Positions 1-13,119 are shown, counted from the stretch's first letter. The stretch: DNA of 64,000 nt from Octopus sinensis (GCF_006345805.1 NC_043004.1:31806001-31870000); one strand, 5' to 3'. The notes: generated by a model not told the origin, from the letters alone. Numbers and translations: made by a program.

Positions 1-1377
1 CCTTCCTAATGCCAACCGGAGTGTACTGGGTGCTTTTATGTGGAAATGGCACTTTATATAGCACCAGCATGGGCACTTTTTTTACATGGCTCCAGCATGG
101 GTGCTTTTGTACATACATATATATGTGTGTGTATGTCTGTGTTTGTTCCCCACTACTGTTTGACAAATGGTGTTGGTTTCTTCATAGCATTAGCAATCTG
201 GCATAAGAGATATGTAATGGCAGATATTGGTTAGTAAACAATATTAAAAAATGTTGGAGTCAGCTGGAATGACGATAAAGATTTGTTGTTGTTTTGACGG
301 CAAATTGTAAGAAGTGGAAGATGAACAATGCATGAGTTTTAAGGAAATATTTATTTACCGTTACGTTACAAATATCGTGCCTCGACGGGCAAGTTATGAT
401 AAATCCAAAAGTATGCGAAGTAAAGTTTGTGTTTGTGTCCTCTTCATTGTTTAGTAGTAGTAATTACTGAGAGAGATAGAATGATGTTGTAAGAGAACAG
501 AATTAGGACTAGAGAGAATTGTAGGGTGTTGTCTCGCAGCTGCTGGCAGTAAATTTCATTTCTCTCGCTGACCATTATATTTAGTAGAGGTATTCCTTGT
601 GATCATGATTCTAGCAGTCCGTTCCCTAACTAATTGAGTTGTCACGATGTGACGAACTTGGTTGAGTAGTCACCGGCTGGTGACTAACTGGTTTTTGCTT
701 TGGGTATGCTTGCTTATATAACTATCCAGAAGGATAGATATATCATTGAGAACAATATATTTAGTTGGTGATCTTGTTATCTCTATTCTAGCTTTTGGTG
801 AAGTAGAAGAGGTTAGAAAGGGTCAAGTGGTGAAGACATTATTTTGGCCTGGAAAATGTAAAACTGCTGTCAGAGAAAAACCATTGTTCCACCGTGGGAA
901 CAGTTCTGTTGCAGCGTTAATTTAAATTTGGCAGTGGTGGATCGAATCCACTTCATGCATGCAAGATCCAATACAGATATGTTTTAGTGAAATTTTATAT
1001 AAAAATACCTTTCAAATGGCATAGATTACGATTATAATGAAATTTGTGGGGAAAAATTTTCCGAGGGGGTGAGGAGAGGACTTTCGAAGAGATGGAAATT
1101 CTTAAATTATTTTTTTGCTTGAGTGTAATGGGAAAAAGCTTTTAAAAAATTTTTCCGACTCGTTTATATTTTGTTTGAGTAATAGAAAAAGGTTTTAAAA
1201 AAGAACCCATGTATCATGGTGAGAGAAACAAATTCATAAATACGGTGTTGAATATGGTTTCACTATGGGGAAAAAAGGTAAGGGCAATTTAGTTGTTGTT
1301 AGCACATCTCCACCGTTGGGATCTTTTTTAAAAACTTTTTTGCTATTACTCAAACGAAAAATAAATTAATCTAATTT

Positions 1378-1825
1378 GGCGATCTTTCGGCTTCACTCGC
1401 AATAATGTAAACATTGAATTCGGTCATTTCCGTGGTCACATGTTGTCTTGTCAATTATCAGTTGGAAAGAGAAAGCTAATGGGTCGTGCGTGCGTGCGTG
1501 CTTGTTCCTATGTGTGTGTGTGTGCTTGTTTGTTTGTGCGTGCGTATGTGTGTGCATGTTTGTTCCTCTGTGTGTTATTTCTACATTCCACAACATATTA
1601 ATACAAAAAAAAAAAAACAGAACAGAGGAACAAGCACGCACAAACAAGAACAAACACACACACAAACAAGAATAAGCACGCGCACACACACACACAGAGG
1701 AACAAGCACGCACGCACAACCCATTAGCTTTCTCTTCCCAACTGACAATTGACAAGACAACATGTGGTCACGGAAATGACCGAATTTAATGTTTATTTTA
1801 TTTCGGGTTAAAACGAACGGTCACC
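1378..1825. mobile_element. MITE-like palindromic element
   Basis: Arm taaacattgaattcggtcatttccgtggtcacatgttgtcttgtcaatt... is mirrored by ...aattgacaagacaacatgtggtcacggaaatgaccgaatttaatgttta. Non-coding. Confidence 0.75.
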
Positions 1826-1858
1826 TCTAATTTTTTTTTCAAACTAATTAGAGGTGAC

Positions 1859-2886
1859 GGCAATCTTTCGTCTCTAGTAGACCTTTCCGTCGATTTCCGT
1901 AAAAATATATTTTTTTTTTTACATATGGGCTTGCGGGAACTTTTGAAGTAATGAGAGCGAAAGAGACTAAGAGAAAGCGATTGTATAACGAGGGAAATTC
2001 TTTTGAAGTTACCGTGCATGAGAAGCATTGATGTACATGTGTGTGTGTGTGTGTGTGTGTTTGATGGAGTGTGGGAGACAGACAGTATGTTGTGTAAGTG
2101 AAGTGCTTCTGTTAGTGTGTGTAAAGAGACAGAGAGAGTAATGTGTGAAAGAGAGAGATAACTGAAAATTTTTACTCGGTGTATGTGTATATGTATGTAT
2201 GTGTGTGTGTGTATGTATGTATATGTGTGTGTGTATGTATGGCCGAGAAGAATATCTATTCATGAGAAGAATATCTCCTCCTCATTTTATAACTCTCCCG
2301 TCTTTTTCTTACCATTTCACCATCGTCACATCAACAGAGACATTAAGGCAGCACAGTAGCAGTCGACAAGGCATGTATAACGATTAAATAAAAAAAAATT
2401 TGTCTATATCTTCGATCACTGTCATTATTCCATTGAGTCAACCTCATTATTTTCTACATAACAGACCGTTACATAAACAGCAAAGGTAATCTTTCGTTTT
2501 AACTCGAAATAATGTAAACACTGAATCGGCCATACATACATACACACACACATACATACATATACACATACACCGAGTAAAAAATTCCAGTTATCTCTCT
2601 CTTTCACACATTACTCTCTCTGTCTCTTTACACACACTAACAGAAGCACTTCACTTACACAACATACTGTCTGTCTCCCACACCCCATCAAACACACACA
2701 CACACACATGTACATCAATGCTTTCCCCTGGACGGTAACTTCAAAAGAACTTCCCTCGTCATACAATCGCTTTCTCTTAGTCTCTTTCGCTCTCATTACT
2801 TCAAAAGTTCCCGCAAGCCCATATGTAAAAAAAAAAAGTTTTTTACGGAAATCGACGGAAAGGTCTACTAGAGACGAAAGATTGCC
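1859..2886. mobile_element. Fold-back/MITE element with ~370-bp inverted arms (1859-2246, 2526-2886)
   Basis: Begins ggcaatctttcgtctctagtagacc and ends ggtctactagagacgaaagattgcc. The arms match along their length, including the microsatellite blocks. Confidence 0.85.
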
Positions 2887-3206
2887 CTCTAATTTTTTTT
2901 TCAAACTAATTAGAGGTGACCTCAAGCAAAAAAAGGAATTTATGAATTGCTTTCTCTTCGAAAGTCCTCTCCCCACCTCCCACCCTGAAAATATTTTCCC
3001 CACAAATTTCTTTATAATTGTAATCTATACCGTTTGAAAGGTATTTATATAAAATTTCATGAAAACATATCCATTTTCCTAAATGTTATAAGGGAAAAAA
3101 TCGAATTTTGTGAACTTTCCGAAAGTCTTCCCACCCTTAGGTTCGTTGGCGCAAATTTTTGTTTCATATTCGCTTAATACACATTTTTTTTTACATATAT
3201 TACACT

Positions 3207-3759
3207 TACTCTTTACTCTTTTACTTGTTTCAGTCATTTGACTGTGGCCATGCTGGAGCACCGCCTTTAGTCGAGCAACTCGACCCCGGGACTTATTCTT
3301 TTTGTAAGCCCAGTACTTATTCTATAGGTCTCTTTTTGCCAAACCGCTAAGTGACGGGGACATAAACACACCAGCATCGGTTGTCAAGCAAGGCTATGGG
3401 AACAAACACAGACACACAAACACACACACATACATATATATATATATACATATATACGACAGGCTTCTTTCAGTTTCCGTCTACCAAATCCACTCACAAG
3501 GCATTGGTCGGCCCGGGGCTATAGCAAAAGACACTTGCCCAAGATGCCACGCAGTGGGACTGAACCTGGAACCATGTGGTTGGTTAGCAAGCTACTTACC
3601 ACACAGCCTTCAGTTTCCGTCTACCAAATCCACTCACAAGGCATTGGTCGGCCCGGGGCTATAGCAAAAGACACTTGCCCAAGATGCCACGCAGTGGGAC
3701 TGAACCCGGAACCATGTGGCTGGTTAGCAAGCTACTTACCACACAGCCACTCCTGCGCC
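3207..3759 (-). mobile_element. tRNA-derived SINE (family A) with duplicated 5' head
   Basis: Minus strand starts ggcgcaggagtggctgtgtggtaag (A box), then gggttcagtccc (B-box-like) and cttgggcaagtgtctt, and ends in an agtaaaagagta tail. A 140-bp head segment is repeated (3469 and 3609). Confidence 0.85.
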
Positions 3760-4432
3760 AAAACTTGTTTGGTTTTTTTTTTGTTTGTTTGTTTTGGTGA
3801 CCGGGGGTTAAAGTTAACGTTAACCTTCTTTTTTTTTACAGAAGTAATATGAATGTGCATAACAAATTGTTTTACAACGTAACATTAAACATTAAAAAAA
3901 AATGCAACTGAAAAAGTAGGCGTAGGCAGTACTCCCGCATATCTTGTCATTTACAGTTATTATGAGAATATCACCAAGGTATATACAAACTTAATCTTAT
4001 AAACTATTTAGCAAGTCACAGTTTCGGTTTTATATCTATATAAGAAATTTTATTAGCTGACAGAACGAGTTACGTGACAGTTGGTGTTACTCCTTTCTTC
4101 TGGTTGGTATAATTGCAACACTAGCTCTCTCCCTCTCTCTCTCTCTCTATATATATATATATTATATTAAATTAGAGACAAAACCACTATTATGCAAATC
4201 AAACAAAGAAAGACTTAAGCCAATACATAAAATAATTTATATAAATTAAAATTTAACAATTAAAATATTATGTATTGGCTTAAGTCTTTCTTTGTTTGAT
4301 TTGCATAATAGTGGTTTTGTCTCTAATTTAATATAATATAATATTTTACTATAAAATTGGATCCAATCCTAAATCTGATTTTTCCCTGTAAATTTGGATT
4401 TATTCCCTAATATTTATTATTATTATTATTAT

Positions 4433-4502
<70 letters not shown>

Positions 4503-4646
4503 TACTTATTAATGTTATTTATTCTCATTTTGCTTGATTGTTTAAAATTAATGTCACTTAACCGTTTTCTGTTTTGCATTTTTACACCGATTTCTCCCAC
4601 TTAAATGCATTTTTAAAATGGAAATTTTCAAACAAATAGGAATGTA

Positions 4647-5000
4647 GACGCAGGCGTGGCCGTGTGATAAGAACTACATGGTTCCGGGTTCAGTTCCACT
4701 GCGAGACACCTTAGGCAAGTGTCTTGTATCATAGCCGCGGACCGACCAAAGCCTTGTGAGTGGATTTGGTAGACGGAAATTGAAAGAAGCCCGTCGTATG
4801 TGTGTTTGTAATTGCCCCTCACCGCCGCTTGACAACCGATGTCAGTGTGTTGACACCCTCGTGACTGAGCGGTTCGGCAAATGAGAGCGACAGAATAAGT
4901 ACCAGGCTTTAAAAAAAAGTACTAGGGTTAATTCATTCGACTAAAAATTCTTCAAGGTGAGGCCCCAGCATGGGCGTAGTCTAATCACTGAAACAAAAGC
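4647..5000 (+). mobile_element. SINE family A copy
   Basis: ggccgtgtgataag...ttccgggttcagttccactgcg...ggcaagtgtctt...gtgagtggatttggtagacggaaa, same as 3207-3759. Confidence 0.8.
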
Positions 5001-5143
5001 TAAAAATAATCTCCAACAGAGAGTTGTTATACTGGATATGCTAGAAAAGTAAAAACTTATTATCTTGGTTAGATATGAACTCTCCGTTCATTGACAACCT
5101 TTGATTGTCCGACAGATTCTATCATTCTTTTAAATTTGTTTTT

Positions 5144-5553
5144 GGATCTTTTCTGTTTGAACGGCAGTTTTTTCTAGCGGTGTCATATGAAAATTGTCAC
5201 CCATAATTATGACCCTAGTATCAATCTATTGCATTTCAATCTGTTTTAGGGTTAGGGGTGGGGGAAGGGTATCCTTTTTCTTCACAAATATAAATAAACC
5301 CAATCTGTTTCTTAAACGAGGGACATATTCATACGTCACAGAATGGTTTCACCTCAATAGACGTCATTGATTGGTTGAAATTGCAGAAATTGAAGAAAAA
5401 AAACAACAAATATCTTACAAACTATAGAATTTTCTCAATAAAGCCAAGAGAAAAAGATGTTTTATGAACACATTCTACCAGTATACGAAGTTTTAAAATG
5501 TTTAGTTACGTGGAAATTATTTTTAAAAATTGCTGATCAAACCGAAAAGATCC
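5144..5553. mobile_element. MITE with ~29-bp TIRs
   Basis: Left end ggatcttttctgtttgaacggcagttttt; reverse complement of right end ggatcttttcggtttgatcagcaattttt. Confidence 0.65.
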
Positions 5554-5760
5554 TTTTTTTTTTTTTGTCACTTTAACCTAATAAGTGCCAGGGTATCTAA
5601 TTTCTGGAGTATCACTTTCAAATTCGCACATCAGACTTAAAATAGGTTAAAATGAAAATATTTGTAGGTAAAACTCGTTATGTGCCCAACATGTGGGTGT
5701 GTCTGCACATCTGCCTTTGGGTTGCACTGATACCATTGTCGAACCCCGAGAGACTTCCAT

Positions 5761-5774
5761 TACATTATATATAT

Positions 5775-5810
<36 letters not shown>

Positions 5811-5858
5811 GGTATGTATATATATATATGTATATGTATATATATGTATATATTCATT

Positions 5859-5920
<62 letters not shown>

Positions 5921-6032
5921 GTATATATATATATATATGTATGTATATACATGTATATATATATGTAATATACATGTATATATATATGTACATATATGTA
6001 TGTATATATATATATATATGTATATGTATGTG

Positions 6033-6084
<52 letters not shown>

Positions 6085-6197
6085 ATATGTATGTATATAT
6101 ATATGTATAGATGTATAGATATATATATAGAGAGAGAGAAAGAGAGGGGGAGATATATGTATGAATATATAGATAGATAGATATATAAATATATATA
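5761..6197. repeat. Long degenerate (TA)n/(TATG)n microsatellite
   Basis: Directly visible; it is the source of the YIYI-type ORFs in the track. Confidence 0.95.
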
Positions 6198-7216
6198 CCA
6201 TAAATCCTCAAGTATAATCTGCATTTTTTCCCCAAAATTTAAAGATCAAAATCCCTAGTGCGTACTATATGCGAGGTTGAAAATGAAAATTATTTTCTAA
6301 GCAATGTCCGAGTCTCTATTTGTTGTCCGGCAATGTTCATTCAGATGCATTTTGTGATGTCAGGCACGAAAATACCTTAAGCTAAGCCTGAAAGCAATGA
6401 AGTCATAAAAGACTCACCCATAACTTGCAGTAAGCAACATTTATTAAAATAAAAGTATTCAGAACACAGAATAACATGTAACAAAAACAATTTGCAAACA
6501 TATTTACATTCCCATATAACAGTTAAGAACATCACCATTATTGTATTACGCATGCGCGAAAGTGTTTGTTCGACTAGGTGCTACTGGCTTAATTACACAT
6601 GAATTGTGCTTAATAGTTTAGCACTAAATAGTTCATCCTGCTGTTTGTATTGGCAGCTTGCATCATTATCGTGGCAAACAATAGATACTTAATTAAATAC
6701 CAGTATTAAATGTTTGAACTATTGTGAGTCTTTAGTAGGGTTTTTTATAAGCGGGGCTTAAACCTGTACGTTGAACTATTGTGAGTCTTTAGTAGGGTTT
6801 TTTATAAGCGGGACTTAAACCTGTACATTAATCTCCAATAAAACATTTTATACATTACATGCCCATAAAATGCCTTGTAAATCTTATTCAGCTATGTTTA
6901 AACTTGAAGTTATATCATATGCTGAAGAGCATGGTAATAGGGCCGCCGGAAGAAAATTTGATGTTGACGAAAGCAATGTCAGGTTATGGAGAAAAAATAA
7001 AGATGAAATTAAACAGATACCAAAGATAAAGAAGGCAATAATAAAGGATGTTACCGTATACATTTTTACAAACCAAGGACGTTATATAGACCTCCTTGAC
7101 TCAAGTTAGAGAAGGGGTGCGTATTATACACAAGGTTTAGGTTTCTCAGAGGTACAACCCCCTAAAAATCCCCTACGTATTATACTCAAGGGCGGACTAT
7201 ACTCGAGGATTTACGG
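6198..7216 (+). mobile_element. Internally deleted pogo-type (Tc1/mariner superfamily) DNA transposon
   Basis: TA at 6196-97 and 7217-18. 25-bp TIRs ccataaatcctcaagtataatctgc / ccgtaaatcctcgagtatagtccgc (4 mismatches). Internal 57-bp tandem duplication at 6714-6826. Confidence 0.85.
6870..7109 (+). pseudogene. Truncated pogo transposase retaining only the N-terminal HTH (Brinker/POGK-like) DNA-binding domain
   Basis: KSYSAMFKLEVISYAEEHGNRAAGRKFDVDESNVRLWRK resembles the N-terminal HTH of pogo/POGK transposases. No DDE domain follows. Confidence 0.75.
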
Positions 7217-8676
7217 TATATATATAAAGTACCGTGGAGGCAATTGTCTGAAATATCCCCACCATAACATTTTACAGGAGGAGTTAAAGGGACAACTGAA
7301 AAATCTACCATCCAACAACAGAACCTCTGTGTAGTTCGACTATTTTCTTGTGAAAAGCAACACCTCAGCCATCCCCTACCACCATAAGAAAAGGAAGGAC
7401 ATATTGGGTTAAACAACTATCCGTTTGCCAAAAATACTTCGTAAATAGTTTATATTCATATGAAGACTAAATGATAAATTTTTCTGTTAAAGGGAAATTA
7501 AGTTACAATTTCTCTCCTAAATAGGATAATTTGTGCTCTTTAAAATAGCAAATCAGAAATTAACTAAAACTTGTTCACTGAAATGAAAACGGGTGACACT
7601 CATGCCTTCGAGGGATATTTAACGTGCATGAGGTTCAATTGGGAGCAAAATAATGCACTTTAGTAGTGGCCTACTTTTGGAATTGTCTGGTAAGCGAGCG
7701 AAAAATGTTTGGCGGTTGGAGATGTATTAAATGTTAGCTGAAGTTTTAAATGTTTTTAATACGACCTAATAGCGATCAAACAAGTTAAAGACACACTTCA
7801 AAGAATCTTTAAAACAAGAAACTATTTTCCAAAGGTAATATTTTTTAAACGGCGAAGTTACTACAACCGAAACTATGCCTTTTAAACTATAAACAGCAGT
7901 TTGTTTCTTTGACAATATTTATGTTTTATAGAAACGTGAATTAGACGTTTTAAAAACCAATGACATGCGACGATTTGCGTTGCTCAAAAAATTGGTAAAT
8001 TTTGATACTTTTATTGCCTCGTGACTTTGAGAAAATTGATACTTTTTTATGAAACTTTCAACAAATAATCGCCTACATTCTGTAGATTGAGTGTATGTAT
8101 AGATTTGTTGGGAAAAAATGTTTCCGAGGGGTTGGGTAGAGGAGTTTCGGAAAATTCACACGACCCGATATTTTCCCGCTCGTAACTTTCAGGAAAATGG
8201 GTATTTTTTAATGAAATTTTATACACATACCTTTCAAACGGTATAGGTTACGATTACAAAGAAATTTGTAGGCAAAATTCTTTGGAAGGGGCGAAGAAAA
8301 ATTGTGTGAGTTAAAGGAGATTTGGCTGTTGTTTCTAGCACATCGCAAAACCACTTTCCTTATTTGTTTCTCACTCATATATGTATTAATGTTTTCAATA
8401 TTTTCCCCTAAAAACATTCATGCTAATAAAACAAAGGAAATTTTTTTAATTTATGATGTTTTTAACCCCACTCCCTGTTCCCAATTTTTTCTGTTTATAT
8501 AATTCTAAAATATTGGAGAGCCTGAGATTATTGCTGGGATTTATCCGGATTGATTTCAATTCTAAAAGATGATTTATATTGATAGCATAATTTTCTGTTA
8601 TAAAATAGAGTAGATTTGGGGAGAAAAACCTCAGATTTTTTGTGGGTAATCAAGTACCCTGGCCTCCAAATGTACC

Positions 8677-8911
8677 TATTTCTTTATTTATTACCCACAA
8701 GGGGCTAAACACAGAGGGGACAAACAAGGACAGGCATAGGTATTAAGTCGATTACATCGACCCCAGTGCGTAACTGGTACTTAATTTATCGACCCCGAAA
8801 GGATGAAAGGCAAAGTCGACCTCGGCGGAATTTGAACTCACAACGTAACGCAGACGAAATACCGGTAAGCATTTCGCCCGGCGTGTTAACGTTTCTGCCA
8901 GCTCGCCGCCT
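8677..8911 (-). mobile_element. tRNA-derived SINE (family C), full length, with 17-bp TSD
   Basis: TSD tggcctccaaatgtacc at 8660-8676 and 8912-8928. Minus strand reads aaggcggcgagctggcagaaacgtt...gagttcaaattcc...taataaagaaata. Confidence 0.92.
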
Positions 8912-9676
8912 TGGCCTCCAAATGTACCGTTTTCTTAGTGAAACGCGTGCGGGTGTACTTCCCGAAATTTACCGAAAATACACGGCCTCGCTTGGTTGGG
9001 GCGCGAGTAAAAATTCAAATTACCATTTTATTTTCCTTTGCTTATATCCCAGCAAAGGACTACGCGTGTGGGATCTTTTCCATCTCAAGCACAGATTTTT
9101 TAATTAATTTTTTAAAACTAAACACTTTGAAACTTCGGATACTGGTTGAATGTGTCGCGTAGAACAGGATTTACTCTTAACGTTTTTGACAAAATGTTGT
9201 ATTTTAGAAGTTATTTCGTGTTAAAGTTGTCGTATTTGGGTAATTTTAACCAATCAGTGACGTGGGAAATACATCAGTAGTTATGCCAGATTCGAAACCG
9301 AATCTGTAAATTCTCCCTAGCCATACGACCTTATTGTTCTGTCAGGGATAAACTCTGATATATGTGCTTTCTGCTTGACTCTTAACTTTTTCTATGCCAT
9401 GAAAAGTTGAAATAGGTATGGAGTGACCTTCATTAATTTAACCATTTTCAGAATGGTATGTCCATCTTTCTAGCTGGTTAGCATAGTTATAAATTCCAGC
9501 ATTCTCCAAGGGAAAATCAGTTAGTGAAGGCCACCAACAGGGGAGAAAATGAACATTGCTCAATATATCCTTTCTGTATATGACTGTAGATCTATGAGAA
9601 AGCATATTCTAGTTGTTACCATCATGGCTTTTTGTATATCAGAAATGACATTGTACAATATATCCTTTATGTGATA

Positions 9677-11330
9677 TAATAATAATAATAATAATAATAA
9701 TTGTGTACAGTGCTCAGGTGCACTACAACTCATCTAAAGTGTATATATAATCAGGTGTAGTTTCGGCGGATTTCGGAAAGCATGAGGGCCTTAAAAGATG
9801 CAGTGTCATGGCAGTCAACAACTGACGCAGGCAGTTTATTCCATGCTTCAGCAACTCTGAGCGTGAAAAAATGTTTCCGAAAGTCATGGGAGCTGTATTG
9901 TTTTCTGACTTTGTAGGCATGTCCACGTGTGTTAGACACATGGAGATCAAAAAGGTGTTCAGTGTTGTTGTTGGTGAGGTGGTTGATAACTTTGTGGGTG
10001 TTTACCAAGTCCGTCGCCAAACGCCGGAGCTTCAGTGAATCCATGCCCAGGGAAACAAGGCGCTCAGAATATGGTAGGTGTCTGATGGAGGGTATGCGTT
10101 AGGTTGCACGTCTCTGGACAGATTCCAGGAGGTCAATGTTCTGTGCAAGATAGGGGTTCCAAACTGATGATGCGAATTCCAAGTGTGGTCGTACCATAGC
10201 TGTATACAGTTTTAAATAGATGGCTGGAGAGCGGCTAACAAAAGACCTGCTGAGTGATGCCAAGACACCCTCGGCCTTCCTGACAATCTTAGAGATATGC
10301 TTTGACAACGCAAATCACTGCTGACAGTGATGCCTAGGTCACGCTCGCAAGAGGATTTCTTGATATCAGTGTTGTGGAGAGAGTAAGTGAACGCAGGGTT
10401 TTTTCTCCCAAAATGCATGGTGGTACACTTGTCCACAGCCAGTTTCAGTTGCCAGTCTGTGATCCATTGCTGCATTGTGTCTAGGTCTGATTGCAGGAAA
10501 GAGTTGTAGACATCAGGATCTTGTCCTCTTGATTTCAAGGTACAGCTTGATGTCGTCTGCATATTTCAATACTGTGGCATTCTTTAAATTGGCATCTATG
10601 TCGTTAATGTATGCCACAAACAAGAGGGGACCAAGGACAGATCCCTGTGGTACACCCGATGACATCTCATATGGTGTAGAGTGCTGTCCTAAAACTGTGA
10701 CTACCTCCTTTCGCTGAGGATGAAGGATTTCAACCAGTTAAAAAGGTCATCCCCCACACCCATTGCAGAGAGTTTCACCATAAGCCTTTTGTGTGGCACA
10801 GAGTTGAAAGCCTTAGCAAAGTCAAGGTAGACAACATCCACCCATGAGCCACTGTCAGTAATCTGAGTAATGTCCTCAAGGAACTCGACAGCTGGTCACT
10901 GCAGCTGGAGTTAGGGACAAATCCATATTGTGAGGGTCGGATGAGACTGTGAGAGCTCCAGAAGTTCCAGAGTGTTTCTCTGACACACGATTCCATCAGT
11001 TTTGCAATACAGCTAGTGAGACTGACTGGGGATAGTTGACAGGTGATGTGCGGTCGCCCTTTTTGAACAGAGAATGACACTGGCAGTTTTCCACTGCTCC
11101 GGAGTAGCACCATTGTTGAGACAGTACTGGAAGAAAATAGAAAGCTGGTGTAAAAGGAAGTGCCTGCCACGTTTGAGAAGCAGGTATGTAACTCCATCGA
11201 GACAGGGGAGGCATAGTTGTGCTTATTTTGAAGGTGACGTCGCAGCATTGCAGGTGTAAATTCCATAGTTGTTATGGAGTTTGCTGTTAGTGATGGTGAA
11301 GATGGTACATTTTGACTTTCAAGGGATATT
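9677..11330 (-). mobile_element. 5'-truncated CR1-clade LINE (RT C-terminal half, frameshifted) with (ATT)n tail
   Basis: ORF fragments LYTAMVRPHLEFASSVWNPY...LESVQRRAT, HFFTLRVAEAWNKLP, LQSDLD...WQLKLAVDKC and LTSCIAKLMES are typical CR1 RT motifs. Confidence 0.9.
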
Positions 11331-12113
11331 TAGCTTTTATTTCCAGCAGCTGGTGTGGCCATGTAGAAGCTCCATTGATGAACATTGAGACCTGATGATA
11401 TATAGTAACACTATCTTGTTAGGCAGAGATACAACAGAAAACATCTCTTTCTCTCTCTCCCTCACACACACACACACACGCACACTTGTCTGATTTTTTT
11501 TCCTCTAACTGTTTCTTTTCTTTTCTCTCTATCTCCTTTCTTCTCTTCATCTCAAACTATGTATGAGTTACAGAGGGTATGGTCGGTGGTGAGATGAAAG
11601 TGAAATACAGAGAGATACTTTTATATTAAAATCCTTATAATAAATATTATCATCATTGTTGTGATTTTAATGTCCAGCTTTCCATGCTTGCATGAATTGG
11701 ATGGAATTGTTGAGGCATATTTTCCAAGGTTCAGTGCCCTTTCCTGATGCCAACCTCTGTCTATTTCCAAGTAAGTTAATATTTCCCCATGGCCAATCAT
11801 GTTCTTGCAGAACATTAGAAATGAATGACATTTTCAATTATTTACAACTATTATGCGATGTCAAGACAAGGTGATACAAAACACACATACAAAAAGACAC
11901 ACACACACACATGTGCACGCATGCACACACATACATAAATATATACATAGATATGTATACATACATACATAGACAATATACATACACACACACACATAAC
12001 TATACATATATTGGGTATGTATACAGAATCACGTACAGATTCAGATGGTTATAAACAAGTCTATGTATTTAGATATTTACAAACATACTCATATATACAA
12101 GTATATATGTTTG

Positions 12114-12154
<41 letters not shown>

Positions 12155-12157
<3 letters not shown>

Positions 12158-12301
12158 AGGAAGGGCATCCAGCTGTAGAAACACTGCCAGATTTGACTGG
12201 GCCTGATGAAGCCTTCTGGCTTCACAGACCCCAGTAGAACCGTCCAACCCATGCTAGCATGGAAAACGGACGCTAAACGATGATGATGATGATGATGATG
12301 A
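12155..12301 (+). mobile_element. RTE LINE 3'-UTR fragment with (GAT)n tail
   Basis: gttaggaagggcatccagctgtagaaa...gcatggaaaacggacgctaaacgatgatgat matches the 3' ends of the long RTE copies. Confidence 0.8.
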
Positions 12302-13119
12302 TATACACACATACACACACATGCACGCACACACACACAATAACTCTGCAAGCAATATTTCCAGAATCTTCAACTTTAATATGTAACTTGTAACTATACA
12401 TATTGGATTGCAATAATGGAATAAGCAGATGTGCTTCAAGAGAAAACAACTGGGATTTTACCCTAGAGACTTACATTGTCACAAACATATTTTAACTAAC
12501 TTGATTTGCCTTTTAGCTGTTGAAATATATTACAAACATATTTTAACTAACCTAAACTTTGCTTATGGCTAAACACTGCTTCATACTAATGTTTTGGTAA
12601 TTTCCAGGACCTAGCAGTCTACTGACACAAATCAGTCAATGTTGTTGGCTGTATTTTAAAGTTTTAATTTTATAAGATCTGTTCAGCATTGCCCCTCTTA
12701 GGTATTTCCCATTGATATAAGCTAAGGAGTTAGAAACATCAATTTCTGGGAATCCCGATAGATGGCGACACTGAACACCTTTTTACCTTAAGAGAAAATC
12801 TTTCTCTACAGTAAATGCAGTGCCTTTTAGCAGTTGAAATATGTTACAAGCATATTTTAACTAACCTAAATTTTGCTTATATATATATGTGTGTGTATAT
12901 GTATGTATGTATGTATATATATATATATGTATGTATATATATTACAATAAAAATGTAAACCTTGAACACAGAATAGCAATGAAATCAGCTTAGAAGATAG
13001 AGTAAATACTCTTAGAAGACAGAAAAATGTGGCTAACAAGACACTACAAAGAATTGAACCTAGTACCGCTCAAATTCCCATTCAGTTCTCTGTATCATTA
13101 AGCTAAGTGATCCCCGACA

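Larger units (their letters stand above)
972..3072. repeat. Composite fold-back region with outer inverted repeats (~972-1107 vs ~2938-3072) enclosing two MITE-like hairpins
   Basis: The reverse complement of 2941-3070 (ggatatgttttcatgaaattttatataaatacctttcaaacggtatagattac...ggactttcgaagaga) matches 972-1100. A related unit occurs at ~8186-8300. Confidence 0.7.

Noticed and set aside
441-930. Possible LINE or PLE coding remnant
   Set aside because: No motif could be recognised with confidence in any frame.
5245-5258. Interstitial telomere (ttagggttagggg)
   Set aside because: Only about two units, inside a MITE.
5693-6235. Overlapping YIYI/VCVC/THTH ORFs here and at 1393-2263, 54006-54462 and 58794-59216
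   Set aside because: These are translations of (TA)n, (CA)n and (TATG)n microsatellites, which lack stop codons; no coding signal.
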